Source: Squalus acanthias
Taxonomy: Eukaryota
DNA: 64,000 bases
Assembly (NCBI GenBank): GCA_030390025.1
Contig: CM059438.1
Coordinates: 58,096,001 to 58,160,000, forward strand
Reading direction: 5' to 3'
The translations under genes and the position numbers were made by a program. Shown here in pieces: positions 1 to 11,507 of this stretch; position 1 is the stretch's first letter, and each line of letters starts with the position of its first letter. The notes beneath the pieces were generated by a model. The model saw only the letters and a list, made by a program, of their open reading frames with translations. It had not been told where the DNA came from and made no database searches.

Positions 1-862
1 ACAACCCCAGGCTATCCAATCTTTCCTCATAACTAAAATTCGCCAATCCTGGCAGCATCCTCGTAAATCGCCTCTGTACCCTCTCTAGTGCAATCACATC
101 TTTCCTTTAATATGGTGACCATAACTGTACGCAGTACTTTAACTAGTGTTTTATACAGTTCAAGCATAACCTCCCTGCTCTTCTATTCTATACCTCGGCT
201 AATAAAGGAAAGTATCCCGTATGCCTTCTTAACTACCTTATCTACCTGTCCTGCTACCTTCAGGGATCTGTGGACATGCACTCCAAGGTCTCTCTGTTCC
301 TCTACGCTTCTCAGTGTCCTACCATTTATTGTGTATTCCCTTGCCTTGTTAGCCCTCCCCAAATGCATTACACCACACTTCTCCGGATTGAATTCCATTT
401 GCCACTTTTCTGCCCACCTGACCAGTCCATTGATATCTTCCTACAGTCTACAACTTCCTTCCCCACTATCAACCACACGGCCAATTTTTGTATCATCTGC
501 AAACTTCTTAATCATGTCCCCTACATTGCAGTCTAAATCATTGATATATACCACAAAAAGCAAGGGACTGAGCCCTGCGGAACCCCACTGGAAACAGCCT
601 TCCAGTCACAAAAATACCCATCGACCATTACTCTTTGCTTCCTGCCACTGAGTCAATTTTTGATCCAACTTGCCACTTTCCCTTGGATCCCATAGGCTTT
701 TACTTTTCTTACCAGTCTGCCATGTGGAACCTTGTCAAAAGCCGTGCTAAAATCTATGTAGACTACATCAAACACGCTACCCTCATCAACCCTCCTTGTT
801 ACCTCCTCAAAAAATGCAATCAAATTAGTCAGACACGACCTTCCCTTAACAAATTCATGCTG
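1..862 (-). mobile_element. CR1 LINE ORF2 (RT) fragment, decayed; 3' part of a copy split by later insertions
   Basis: Minus-strand motifs FVKGRSCLTNL, DVVYIDFSTAFDKVPH, QRDLGV; its frame resumes at 3491. Confidence 0.9.
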
Positions 863-3490
863 ACATAGAAACATAGAAACACAGAAGATAGGAGCAGGAG
901 TAGGCCATTCGGCCCATCGAGCCTGTTCCACCATTTAATGAGATCATGGCTGATCATCCAAATTCAGTACCCTGTCCCTGCTTTCTCCCCATATCCCTTG
1001 ATCCCTTTAGCCTTAAGAAATATATCTAACTCCTTCTTGAATATATTTAATGAATTGGCCTCAACTGCCTTCTGTGGTAGAGAATTCCACAGGTTCACCA
1101 CTCTCTGGGTAAAGAAATTCCTCCTCATCTCAGTCCTAAATGGCTTACCCCTTATCCTTAGGCTGTGACCCCTGGTTCTGCACTCCCCCACCATCGGGAA
1201 CATCCTTCCTGCATCTAGTCTGTCGAGTCCTGTTAGAATTTTATAAGTTTCAATGAGATCCCCTCTCATTCTTCTAAACTCGAGCGAATATAAGCCTAAT
1301 CGACCAAATCTCTCTTCATACGTCATTCCTGCCATCCCAGGTATCAGTCTGGTGAATCTTCGCTGCACTCCCTCCATGGCAAGAACATCCTTCCTCAGAT
1401 AAGGCAACCAAAACTGCACACAATACTCAAGGTGTGGTCTCACCAAGGGCCTGTACAACTGCAGCAAGACATCCTTGCTCCTGTACTCGAATCCTCTCGC
1501 TATGAAGGCCAACATACCATTTGCCTTCTTAACCGCCTGCTGCACCTGCATGCTTACCTTCAGCGACTGGTGCACAAGGACACCAAGGTCTCGTTACACT
1601 TCCCCTTTCCCCAATCTATTGCCGTTCAGATAATAATCTGTCTTCCTGTTTTTGCCACCAAAGTGGATAACCTCACATTTATCCACATTATACTGCATCT
1701 GCCATGCATCTGCCCAATCACCCAACCTGTCCAAATCATACTGGAGTTTCTCTGCATCCTCCTCACAGCACACACACCCACCCAGCTTTGTGTCATCTGC
1801 AAACTTGGAGATATTACATCTAGTTCTCTCGTCTAGATCATGAATATATATTGTGAATAGCTGGGGTCCTAGCACTGATCCCTGCGGTACCCCACTAGTC
1901 ACTGCCTGCCACTCAGAAAAAGACCCATTTATTCCAACTCCTTGCTTCCTGTCTGCCAACCAGTTCTCTATCCGAGTCAGTACCTTACCCCCAATCCCAT
2001 GTGCTTTAACTTTGCACGCTAATCTCTTATGCGGGACCTTATCGAAAGCCTTCTGAAAGTCCAAATACACCACATCCACTGGTTCTCCCTTATCTATCCT
2101 ACCAGTTACATCCTCAAAAAATTCCAGTAGATTAGTCAAGCATGATTTACCTTTTGTAAATCCATGTTGACTTTGTCCGATCCTGTCACTGTTTTCCAAG
2201 TGCTCTGCTATTACATCTTTTATAATGGACACTAGAATTTTCACCACTACCGATGTCAGGCTTACCGGTCTATAATTCCCCGTTTTCTCTCTACCACCTT
2301 TTTTAAATAGTGGGGTTACATTAGCTACCCTCCAATCCATGGGAACTGTTCCAGAGTCTATAGAATTTTGGAAGATGACCAGCAATGCATCTATTATTTC
2401 TAGGGCCACTTCCTTAAGTACCCTAGAATGTAGATTATCAGGCCCTGGGGATTTATCGGCCTTCAATCCCGTCAATTTCCCTAACACCATTTCCCTACAA
2501 ATACTGATTTCATTCAATTCCTCCCTCTCATTAGACCCTATGTTCCCCGACATCTCTTGGAGGTAATTTGTGTCCTCCTTTGTGAAGACAGAACCAAAGT
2601 ATGTATTTAATTGGTCTGCCATTTCTTTGTTCCCCATTATAAATTCCCCTGATTCTGACTGCAAGGGACCTATGCTTGACTTCACCAATCTTTTTCTCTT
2701 CACATATCTATAGAAGCTTTTACAGTCAGCTTTTATGTTCCCTGAAAGCTTACTCTCATATTCTATTTTCCCCCTCTTAATCCCTTTGTGCTCCTTTGCT
2801 GAATCTTAAACTGCTCCCAATCCTCAGGTTTGCTGCTTTTTCTGGCCAATTTATATGTCCTCTCCTTGGATCTTATGCTATCCCTAATTTCCCTTGTTAG
2901 CCATGGTTGAGTCACCTTTTTTGTTTTATTTTTATGCCAAACAGGGATGAACAATTTCTGTAGTTCATCCATGCGATCTTTAAATGTTTGCCATGCCTAT
3001 CCACCGTCAATGCTCCCCAATCCACCCTAGCCAATTTGCGCCTCATAGCATCATAGTTTCCTTTATTTAAATTCAGGACCCTAGTCTCTGAGTCAACTAC
3101 TTCACTCTCCATCTTAATGAAGAATTCTATCATATTATGATCGCTCCTCCCCAAGGGGCCTTGCACAACAAGATTGCTAATTAATCCTTTCTCATTACAT
3201 AATACCCAGTCTGAGATGGCCTGATCTCTAGTTGGTTCCTCGACATATTGGTCCAGGAAACCATATTGTGTACACTCTAGGAATTCCTCCTCCACAGTAT
3301 TGTTACTAATTTGGTTAGCCCAATCTATATGTAGATTAAAGTCACCCATGATAACTGCTGTGCCCTTATTGCATGCGTCTCTAATTTCCCGTTTAATGCC
3401 ATCCCCAACCTCAGCATTACTGTTTGGGGGTTTGTATACAACTCCCACTAACGTTTTCTGCCCCTTGGTATTTCTCAGCTCTACCCATAC
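863..3490 (-). mobile_element. 5'-truncated CR1 LINE (endonuclease C-half, RT, 3'UTR, (TTTCTATG)n tail)
   Basis: ORFs 2912-3448 (MGDFN, SDH), 1594-2703 (GVPQGSVLGP, FADD), 964-1575; tail acatagaaacatagaa at 863; host CR1 continues on both sides. Confidence 0.95.
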
Positions 3491-3668
3491 ATGTCCTTGA
3501 TTAATCCGTGCTTCTCTAAATGACGATTCATACTGTTCCTCAGAATTTCTTCCAATAATTTGTCCACCACCGAGGTTATGCTGACTGGCCTGTAATTACT
3601 CGGTCTATTCCCTTGCTCCCTTTTTAAACAATGGTACAACATTAGCAGTCCTCCAGTCCTCTGGCACC
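3491..3668 (-). mobile_element. Middle piece of the split host CR1
   Basis: PSNYRPVSITSVV...HLEKHGLIKD joins the QHxFVKG segment at 862. Confidence 0.85.
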
Positions 3669-3744
3669 TTGGACCCATGGCGAAGGATCACTGAAAAGAC
3701 TACACGATAACATAAACAAGTTCCATCCCACCATCAAACTCACC

Positions 3745-4731
3745 ATGGACTACTCCTCAGAATCGGTCTCATTCCTGGACACACGAATCTCCATCAAAGA
3801 CGGACACCTCAGCACTTCACTCTACCGCAAGCCCACGGACAACCTCACGATGCTCCACTTCTCCAGCTTCCACCCTAACCATGTTAAAGAAGCCATCCCC
3901 TATGGACAAGCCCTGCGAATACACAGGATCTGCTCAGACGAGGAGGAACGCGATGGACACCTACGGACGCTGAAAAACGCCCTCGTAAGAACGGGATATG
4001 ACGCTCGACTCATCGATCGACAGTTCCGACGGGCCACAGCGAAAAATCGCATAGACCTCCTCAGAAGGCAAACACGGGACACAACCAACAGGGTACCCTA
4101 CGTCGTCCAGTACTTCCCCGGAGCGGAGAAACTACGACATGTTCTTCGCAGCCTTCAACATGTCATCGATGACGACAAACACCTCGCTAAGGCCATCCCC
4201 ACGCCTCCACTACTTGCCTTCAAACAGCCGCCTAACCTCAGAAGTACCATCGTTCGCAGCAAATTACCCAGCTTTCAGGATAACAGCGACCACGACACCA
4301 CACAACCCTGCCATGGCAAACTCTGCAAGACATGCCAGATCATCAACACAGATACCACCATCACACGTGAGGACACTACCCACCAGGTACATGGTACATA
4401 CTCATGTGACTCGGCCAACGTTGTCTACCTCATACGTTGCAGGAAAGAATGCACCGCGGCATGGTACATCGGCGAGACCATGCAGACACTGAGACAACGT
4501 ATGAACGAGCACCGCGCAACAATCGCCAGGCAGGATTGTTACCTCCCAGTCGGGGAACACTTCAGCAGTCAAGGACATTCAGCCTCGGATCTGCGGGTAA
4601 GCGTTCTCCAAGGCAACCTTAGAAACACACGACAACGCAAAATCATCGAGCAGAAACTGATAGCCAAGTTCTGCACTCATGAAGACGGTCTCAATCGAGA
4701 TCTTGGGTTTATGTCACGATACATGACGTGA
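3745..4731 (+). CDS. Penelope ORF C-terminal part: RT thumb, linker and GIY-YIG endonuclease (328 aa open)
   Basis: SFLD, YRKPTD, CxxC linker, NVVYLIRC..WYIGET..LRQRMNEH, GLNRD. Confidence 0.85.
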   Translation: MDYSSESVSFLDTRISIKDGHLSTSLYRKPTDNLTMLHFSSFHPNHVKEAIPYGQALRIHRICSDEEERDGHLRTLKNALVRTGYDARLIDRQFRRATAKNRIDLLRRQTRDTTNRVPYVVQYFPGAEKLRHVLRSLQHVIDDDKHLAKAIPTPPLLAFKQPPNLRSTIVRSKLPSFQDNSDHDTTQPCHGKLCKTCQIINTDTTITREDTTHQVHGTYSCDSANVVYLIRCRKECTAAWYIGETMQTLRQRMNEHRATIARQDCYLPVGEHFSSQGHSASDLRVSVLQGNLRNTRQRKIIEQKLIAKFCTHEDGLNRDLGFMSRYMT

Positions 4732-5066
4732 TCCGGACTCGAGTCGTCGTTAGCTTGTTCACAGATGTGATTCCCAGTAAAAAAGTAAAAATTTTCCCAG
4801 TAAAAAAGTAAATTTTTTTTTTAAAGCTTTTCGTTTTACATACAGACGGCAGCTTTTGACACGTTAGAACCCCTGCGACTTCACCTCATTGTCTCAGTTG
4901 TATCTTGCTATGTCTTTTGATGTGGTACCTTCCTGGCTGACTTAATTAACTTTATCACACCTCGGCAGATAGTCAGGATGATTTAATTTATTGGTCTGCA
5001 ATTGTAAAGTACACATGCTTTTTTTTCCATCTATATATGCTCTGACGATTCTGTATCCAATTTACT

Positions 5067-5104
5067 TCACCTGAGGAAGGAGCGATAGTTCCGAAAGCTT
5101 GTGA
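5067..5104 (+). ncRNA. Minimal type I hammerhead ribozyme in Penelope pLTR
   Basis: TCAC-CTGAGGA-A-GGAGC gata GTTCC-GAAA-GC-TT-GTGA: CUGANGA and GAAA cores, stems I and II, palindromic AAGCTT stem III. Confidence 0.8.
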
Positions 5105-5158
5105 TTTCAAATAAAACTGTTGGACTATAACCTGGTGTTGTGCGACCTCTCAATTTTG

Positions 5159-5381
5159 ACCAAACCTGTAGTCAGAGAGGTTTGGAAAATGATGATCAGA
5201 ACCTCCACTATTTCCTCCCTTGCTTCTCTTAAGAGCCTGGCATACATTTCATCCAGGCCTGGCGATTTATCTACTTTCAAAGATGCTAAACCCCTTAATA
5301 TTTACTCTCTCAGTATGTTTATCTCAAATAATATTACACACTCCTCCTTAACTACAATGTCTCCATCGTCTCTCTCTTTTG
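5159..5381 (-). mobile_element. 5' piece of the split host CR1
   Basis: Minus frame DKSPGLDEM..LLREAREEI..IFQTSL, continuous with 3668. Confidence 0.8.
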
Positions 5382-5624
5382 TGCTTTCAGCTGCCTAGGT
5401 CCAAAGCTCTGGAATTCCTTCCCTAAACCTCTCCACCTTACTACCTCTCTCCCTTCCTTTAAGATGCTCCTTAATACCTCTCTTTGATCAAGCTTTTGGT
5501 CACAGTTCCTAATATCTCCTTACGTGGCACAGTGTCAAATTTTTGTCTGATACCAGTGAAACGCCTTGGGATGGTTTTACGACATTAAATGCACTATATA
5601 AATGCAAATTTTTGTTGTTGTTGT
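5382..5624 (+). mobile_element. L2-type LINE 3' end
   Basis: AFSCLGPKLWNSFP-like coding end, gcactatataaatgcaa and (TTG)n tail. Confidence 0.75.
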
Positions 5625-6584
5625 TTAATGTAAACTGATTTCAGTAGGTGGTTTGTTCCTACCTAATATGCTAATTTTCCCTCCTCCTCTCCACTGCCTG
5701 CACCAAGGCCTCCAGTGCAGCATCGGAGAACCTTGGTGCCCACTTGCTCCCTCCTTCAGCCATTTATTACTCAAGTTGTTCTTGGGTGTCTGCAGCCAGA
5801 ATGGATCTCCCCTTTAAGAGCTACTGGCTGGCTCTTCTTCCTCCACTGGCTGAGTGGCATTGACATTTTCAGGAGCTGAAATGAGAGAGAGGGACATGGG
5901 TTAGCTTGTGGTGTGAAGGGAGAGCAGAGAGAGAGAGAAGTGTCTGGTAAAAGAATCTCCAGCTTGTCGTGAAGAGTGTGTAGGGTGAGATGGAAGTAGA
6001 AAGGAAAAAAGAGAAGAAACCCTGTGTGACGTCTCTTCCAGCGTTGCCAGTCACCATGATCGCGACTCTCCCGCTGCCCATGATGGCCCGCACGCTATCT
6101 TCGAGGGTAGAGAGTGTACAAACAGGCTCTTCTTCCGCTGGCAGCTTCCTGGTAGAGGTTGTGGGCAATATTCCCTTTAAGCTGTGCGCCAGCGCAGCCG
6201 TGCAGCGATCTGCAGATCCCACGCAGCCGGCTCAACGGCGTTCTAATGACAAAAAATGCACATGTGCGGTAATTTGACTGGACCGCGCACCCAAAAATAA
6301 TTTAGCGGGAACATTGGTTGTGGGCAACCTTCTCTTGCAAGAAAGGAGGGAGCATGTTAAGTGAAAGTCTTGTGAGGTGTTTAGAGAATGTGCATGTCAT
6401 TCATCGAATAGCTAGCATGCAGTGTGTCAGATGTGAGGTGTGGGGAAGTGAGGGGAGGTGCAGTGAAGTGTGGTGTAGTGATTATAGGAGAGTGAAAGGA
6501 AGCTGGGGAGGTAAGTATTGTGAGTAGTGAAGCTGTACGTGGTGGAAGTGTAAACAGAGAGTAAGAGAGCAGCATTCTTACATA

Positions 6585-6760
6585 AACAACTCTAGTCAGG
6601 ATGCTAAGCTGCTGGCATTCATATGCGACCTCTTCCCACTGTCGCCAAAGTTGCTGCCTGAAGGGCTTTCTGCCCCCTGGGGGAAGAGGATGTCCTTCCT
6701 CTTGTCCTCTGCCTGGACGGGGCCACCAAAGCAGCATCATGTTGAATCTGTTCAGTTTCC
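6585..6760 (-). pseudogene. Decayed Harbinger Myb/SANT partner exon relic
   Basis: Minus-strand fragments resembling RF...LFP.GGRKP..LWRQWEEVA, similar to the 45648-45887 exon. Confidence 0.4.
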
Positions 6761-6859
6761 CTGGTGTTTGCAGACAGAGTGCATATTCCCTTTAAGAGAT
6801 GCTGGATGCCTTTAAGTGGGGTCAGAGACACCTGATAGCCACACCTCCACCACCACCCT

Positions 6860-6884
6860 CCCCCCCCCCCCCCCCCCCCCCCCC
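6860..6884. repeat. Poly-C tract (25 nt)
   Basis: Direct reading. Confidence 0.95.
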
Positions 6885-7029
6885 GGCCACCCACCCAAGA
6901 GGCGTACAGCTGCCTGAATCAACACTAATAGATGCATGCAGTGTGCACTCTGCCCCCCTGAAACACATTTCCAGGTACGATCAAATTTGAACTGATAGGT
7001 CTCTCTGTTTTTCCACACTCTTCAGTGTC

Positions 7030-7430
7030 TTTCCATTAAGTGTATACTCCTATTCCTTGTTTTTTCTCCAAAAATGTACTGCTTCACACTGATCCACACT
7101 AAATTGCATCTGTCATCTGTCTGCCTATTCTGCTAACCTGTCTATATCTTGCTGAAATCTTTAATAGTTCCCCTCAATGTTTGCCAAACTTCCAACATGC
7201 TTCTAGTAAATTTCGAGATTGTGTTCCCCATACTCAAGTCCTAATCAACTGTCTATACCAAGAACAAAAATGGGTTTAGTCCTGAACCCCGGGCACACCA
7301 CTTCCTCATTGTTTGCCAAACCTCTTACTTCTGTGTCACTAGCAAATTTTGAGATTGTATACCCAAGTCCAAATATTCTGTATATATTAAGAACAAAAGT
7401 GAACCCAGAACCGATGCCTGGCATTCCAAA
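7030..7430 (-). mobile_element. Old CR1 RT relic
   Basis: Degenerate KFA-D and DLG-type RT segments on the minus strand. Confidence 0.55.
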
Positions 7431-7439
7431 CCATTTCTA

Positions 7440-7892
7440 ACAACTTGCTTTAATATAGTACCTTTAAAGTAGGAAACATCCCAAGGTGCTTCACAGAAGC
7501 ATAATCAAACACAAATTGACAGTGAGCCAAAGGAGGTATTAGGAGAGGTGATTAAAAGCTTGGAAAAAGAGGTAGGTTTAAGGGAGGGTCTTAAAGAAGG
7601 AGAAAGAAAGGTGGAGAGATTTAGAGAGGGAATGCCAAAGCTTAGGGTCTATACAGCTGAAGGCATGGTCACCAGTGGTGTGGTGAAGGGAGTGAAGAAT
7701 GCATAAGAGGCTACAGTTGGAGGAATGCAGAGATCTCAGAGGATTGTAGGGCTTGTGGAGGTTACAGAGATAGGGAGGGGCGAGGCCATGAAGGAATTCG
7801 AACATGAGGATGAGAATTTTAAATTTGAGGCGTTGGTGGATCAGGAGTCAACGTAGGTCAGCAAGCACATGGGTGATGGGTGAGTGGGACTT
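7440..7892 (-). mobile_element. L2 LINE 3' fragment
   Basis: ORF 7578-7805 LHGLAPPYLCNL...AFS..PKLW; tail near 7440. Confidence 0.8.
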
Positions 7893-9047
7893 ACAACAAC
7901 AAAAACTTGTATTTATATAGCATGTTTAACATAGTAAAACGTCCCAAGGCGCTTCACAGGAGTGTTATAAGACAAAATTTGACAATGAGCCACATAAAGA
8001 GATATTAGGGCAGATGACCAAAAGTTTGGTCAAAGAGGTAGGTTTTAAGGAACGTCTTAAAGGAGGAAAGAGAGGTAGAGAGGTGGAAAGGTTTAGGGAG
8101 GGCATTCCAGAGCTTAGGGCCTTGGCAGCTGAAGGCACGGCCGCCAATGGTGGAGTGATTGAAATCTGGGATGCGCAAGAAACATGAATTAGAGGAGCAC
8201 AATATCTCGGAGGGTTGTGGGGCTGGAGGAGATTACAGAGATAGGGAGGGGCAAGGTCATGGAGGGATTTGAAAACAAGGATGAAAATTTTAAAAATGAG
8301 GCGTTGCTTAAACGGGAGCCAATTTAGGTCAGTGAGCACGGGGTGATGGGAGAACGGGACTTGGTGTGAGTTAGGACACAGGCAGCAGAGTTTTAGGTGA
8401 CCTCAAGTTTACAGAGGGTAGAATGTGGGAGGCTGGCCAGGAGTGCATTGGAATAGTTATGTCTAGATGTAACAAAGGCATGGATGAGGGTTTCAGCAGC
8501 GGATGAGCTGAGGCAGGGACGGAGTCGGGCGATGTTCCGGAGGTGGAAATAGGCGGTCTCAGTGATGGCACTGATATGTGGTCAGAAGCTCAACTCGGGG
8601 TCAAATACGACACCAAGGTTGCGAACAGTCCGGTTCAGCCTCAGACAGTTGCCAGGGAACGGAGTTTGTGGCAGGGATCGAAGTCAATGGCTTTGGTCTT
8701 CCCAATATTTAGTTGGAGGAAATTTCTGCTCATCCAGTACTGGATGCCGGACAAGCAGTCTGACAACTTAGAGAGTGGAGGGGTCGAGAGAAGTGGTAGT
8801 GAGGTAGAGCTGGGTGTCATCAACGTACATGTGGAAACTGATGATGATATTGCTGAGGGTCAGCATGTAGATGAGAAATAGGAGGGGGCCAAGGATAGCT
8901 CCTTGGGGACACCAGAGGTAACGATGTGGGAGTGGGAAGAGAAGCCATTGCAGGTGATTCTCTGGGTACGGCTGGAAAGATAAGAATCGAACCAGGCGAG
9001 GGCAGTCCCACCCAGCTGGACGATGGTGGAAAGGCCTTGGAGTTCCC
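7893..9047 (-). mobile_element. L2 LINE, 5'-truncated (RT to 3' tail)
   Basis: WFDSYLSSRTQ, SGVP, WMSRNFLQLNIGKT, LHDLAPPYL; (CAA)n tail at 7893. Confidence 0.88.
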
Positions 9048-9152
9048 TTGTTGTTGTTGTTGGATACTCAACACATTGATGATCTTCTTTCTGACTATTA
9101 TGGCAAAGATCTCCAGATGCTGCCTTAAATATCCAATGACAAAGAAATTCAA

Positions 9153-9368
9153 ATGTGAGAAGTCGCACAACACCAGGTTATAGTCCAACAGCTTTATTTG
9201 AAATCACAAGCTTTCGGAGTGCTGCTCCTTTGTCAGGTGAAGTCTTCACCTGACGAAGGAGCAGCGCTCCGAAAGCTTGTGATTTCAAATAAAGCTGTTG
9301 GACTATAACCTGGTGTTGTGCGACTTCTCACATTTGTCCACCCCAGTCCAACTCCGGCATCTCCACAT
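9153..9368. mobile_element. Penelope-derived fold-back element (inverted pLTR pair plus 3' tail)
   Basis: 93-bp arms 9150-9242 and 9244-9336 with 1-nt loop; 13-bp TSD caaagaaattcaa at 9140-9152 and 9369-9381. Confidence 0.9.
9246..9282 (+). ncRNA. Minimal hammerhead ribozyme
   Basis: TCAC-CTGACGA-A-GGAGC agc GCTCC-GAAA-GC-TT-GTGA. Confidence 0.82.
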
Positions 9369-11507
9369 CAAAGAAATTCAAGGCAGTGGTACAGACATTG
9401 CTGTGTATGTGGGCTGCTGGTCTTCAGATAGCTGCATGCATATCTCTGCAATAGACTCCAGGAGGAAGTTCAGTCTTCTAAGTCACTGAAGTGCAGAGAA
9501 ATTTATGTGAGCCCTTCTTGGTCTGTAAAGTCTATAGAGCTGGTCTGTATGTGTAGAAACAAACATCATCTGTGCAGCCTCATTCTAAATGCCTCTAATC
9601 TAGCCTCTTGCATCTTCTTATTATCCTCCTCAATAACATTCCCATTGGGAAATCTATGTCCTCAAGTCCAAAGCTGTACTTTTTATAGTGCAGACTAAAA
9701 CTAGCATAAAAGTCCTGACAGAAGTTCCAAAGTTCCAAACAGATTGATATATGGGCAAAGTAACACTTACCTTCAGTTGCAACAAATAAAATGGCCTCCT
9801 CCAAGTAGCACCCGCTTAAAGGATACCTTACTGGTCCTCATACCACCACTTATATAGCGGCGGTTTAAATTAGTGGCAGGTTTGGGCAAGAAAATTCTGG
9901 TGCAATGTTAGACCAGCGGTTTTGAAACAGTAGGTACTTCCGCCCCATTTTACTCCATTTACCACTCCAAATCCACCATAATATAGGCGGTAATTCAGAA
10001 TAAATCCCAGCTCCATAAGTCTTAAATTTCAATATTTAGACCCTAGGATCCATCAATCTAACATATGCTGCTACAAAATAAGGGTAACTTTGACCAGCTG
10101 CTGAGGAAGACTGCTGCTGGGCTCATAAAGTGAATTGCTGTGTTTTGTTGCTCTGTATGATAGAGGCTCATAACTTTACTCTGGATTGTAATTCTGCCAA
10201 AATATTTTTTGCTTTTTAGTTTGGTAGCTCATAGCTTCATTTGAAAATCTCCCTTGAGGCTGTTTCTGGTTTGGCGAATGTCCTTAAAATGGCTGCAAAA
10301 TATTTTTCCCCATGGGGATTCCCATCTTTATCATTTGTTTGCTGGAGTAAGAGGAACAGCAGACAAGCTAGGAAGCCAGGCTTATAAGGCAGGACCACAA
10401 GAGATCCAGATCCTCCTGTAGATGCCAAGCCAGCAGGGTGTATAGCTTCAGAAGATCATTCATCAATATATTCATGGAGTCAGGAGGCCTCTGTGTTCTT
10501 TGGGATGTCTACAGAAGTTGCTGTAGCTGGCACTTGCTCCGGGATGCTCTGCATTATAGAGACGGCTTCTCTAATAGTGCTACAAAGGATAGCATTGGAC
10601 TTTGCTGCCATACTTGCCATCTGCCAGAGAGAGAGTCTTTACAGTGCCTTCATAAGGTTCTGATGCTCTGCAACTATTTGTCTTTTCATAACAGGACCTC
10701 TGAGATCATCTTCTGAATGTACAGCAGCTAGGGTCTAATATCTTCTAAGCCTCCATACGGGTACAACATGCTTCACCTCCAGTACCTCATCCTCTGGCTT
10801 CCTTGTGAGTTGTAAATCAAGTCCTCATTTAAACTATCTGTAACACCGAGTTAACTATCTAGGCTGTAGAGTGCATAGGTTAGGGTTCATGATGGGATGG
10901 GCCAATTTATGCTGGCATTACCAAATGTTGAAGGTTCTGCCATTGGTTCATCATCTCTTTCTGCAGCATCTTTCTTGCTTACAACTTCTGTGGGGATGAC
11001 AAGAATAAGAAACGTAATGAGTTTCCTGCTGTTCGCTTTTTTTTACTGTTAGGCTGGTGTATGGGTCTCCGCAGAGTATGAGCTTCAAAAAAAATTCTGA
11101 TCTTTGACTATTGACACTTAATCAGCACAAATCAGCAGGCACTTCCGCTTCTCCATCCTCTACAGCATTAGCTGAGTGAATTCCCAGGATTTGCTTTACC
11201 TGCTCCTGCCGTGCCTCTACCTGTAGACTATCCTTCTTGGGTCTATTCCTGCATGACAGAAGAATGCTTGTTATTGTCAGTCACAGACTGTTGAATTTGA
11301 CAACTGTTTGAGAATTCTGATCAGTTATTTTATAGAATTCCCACCAAAGTAGGGGGCTTCAACAGGCATATAAGCATTTCAAGATACTGTATTAATTTAA
11401 TTGAAGTCTTTATGTGCAGTTGTCAGTACAGATCATTTTGTGCATAGGATGATACCATTAGATTTGTGAATGCACTTAAAGAGTAAAAATAGGACTGCTG
11501 TTTGAAA

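Larger units (their letters stand above)
3669..5158 (+). mobile_element. Penelope-like retroelement, 5'-truncated, with 3' pseudo-LTR
   Basis: RT C-terminus (WTHGE..LHDNINKFHPTIK) plus GIY-YIG ORF; ends in a hammerhead-containing pLTR; acc repeated at 3666-3668 and 5159-5161. Confidence 0.92.
9060..9600 (-). pseudogene. Decayed Harbinger transposase N-terminal relic, interrupted by the Penelope hairpin
   Basis: Minus frames LRRL..EIC..L..D and LNFF..G..AASGDLC, homologous to 42441-42960. Confidence 0.55.

Noticed and set aside
88..651. Plus-strand ORFs opposite CR1 RT (also 1432-1836, 12423-12665, 48090-48645 and similar)
   Set aside because: Antisense shadows of LINE ORF2
4771..4820. Short tandem duplication ttcccagtaaaaaagtaaa
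   Set aside because: Ordinary slippage duplication in a Penelope 3'UTR
6799..7018. Poly-Pro and poly-Gly ORFs
   Set aside because: Artefacts of the poly-C tract
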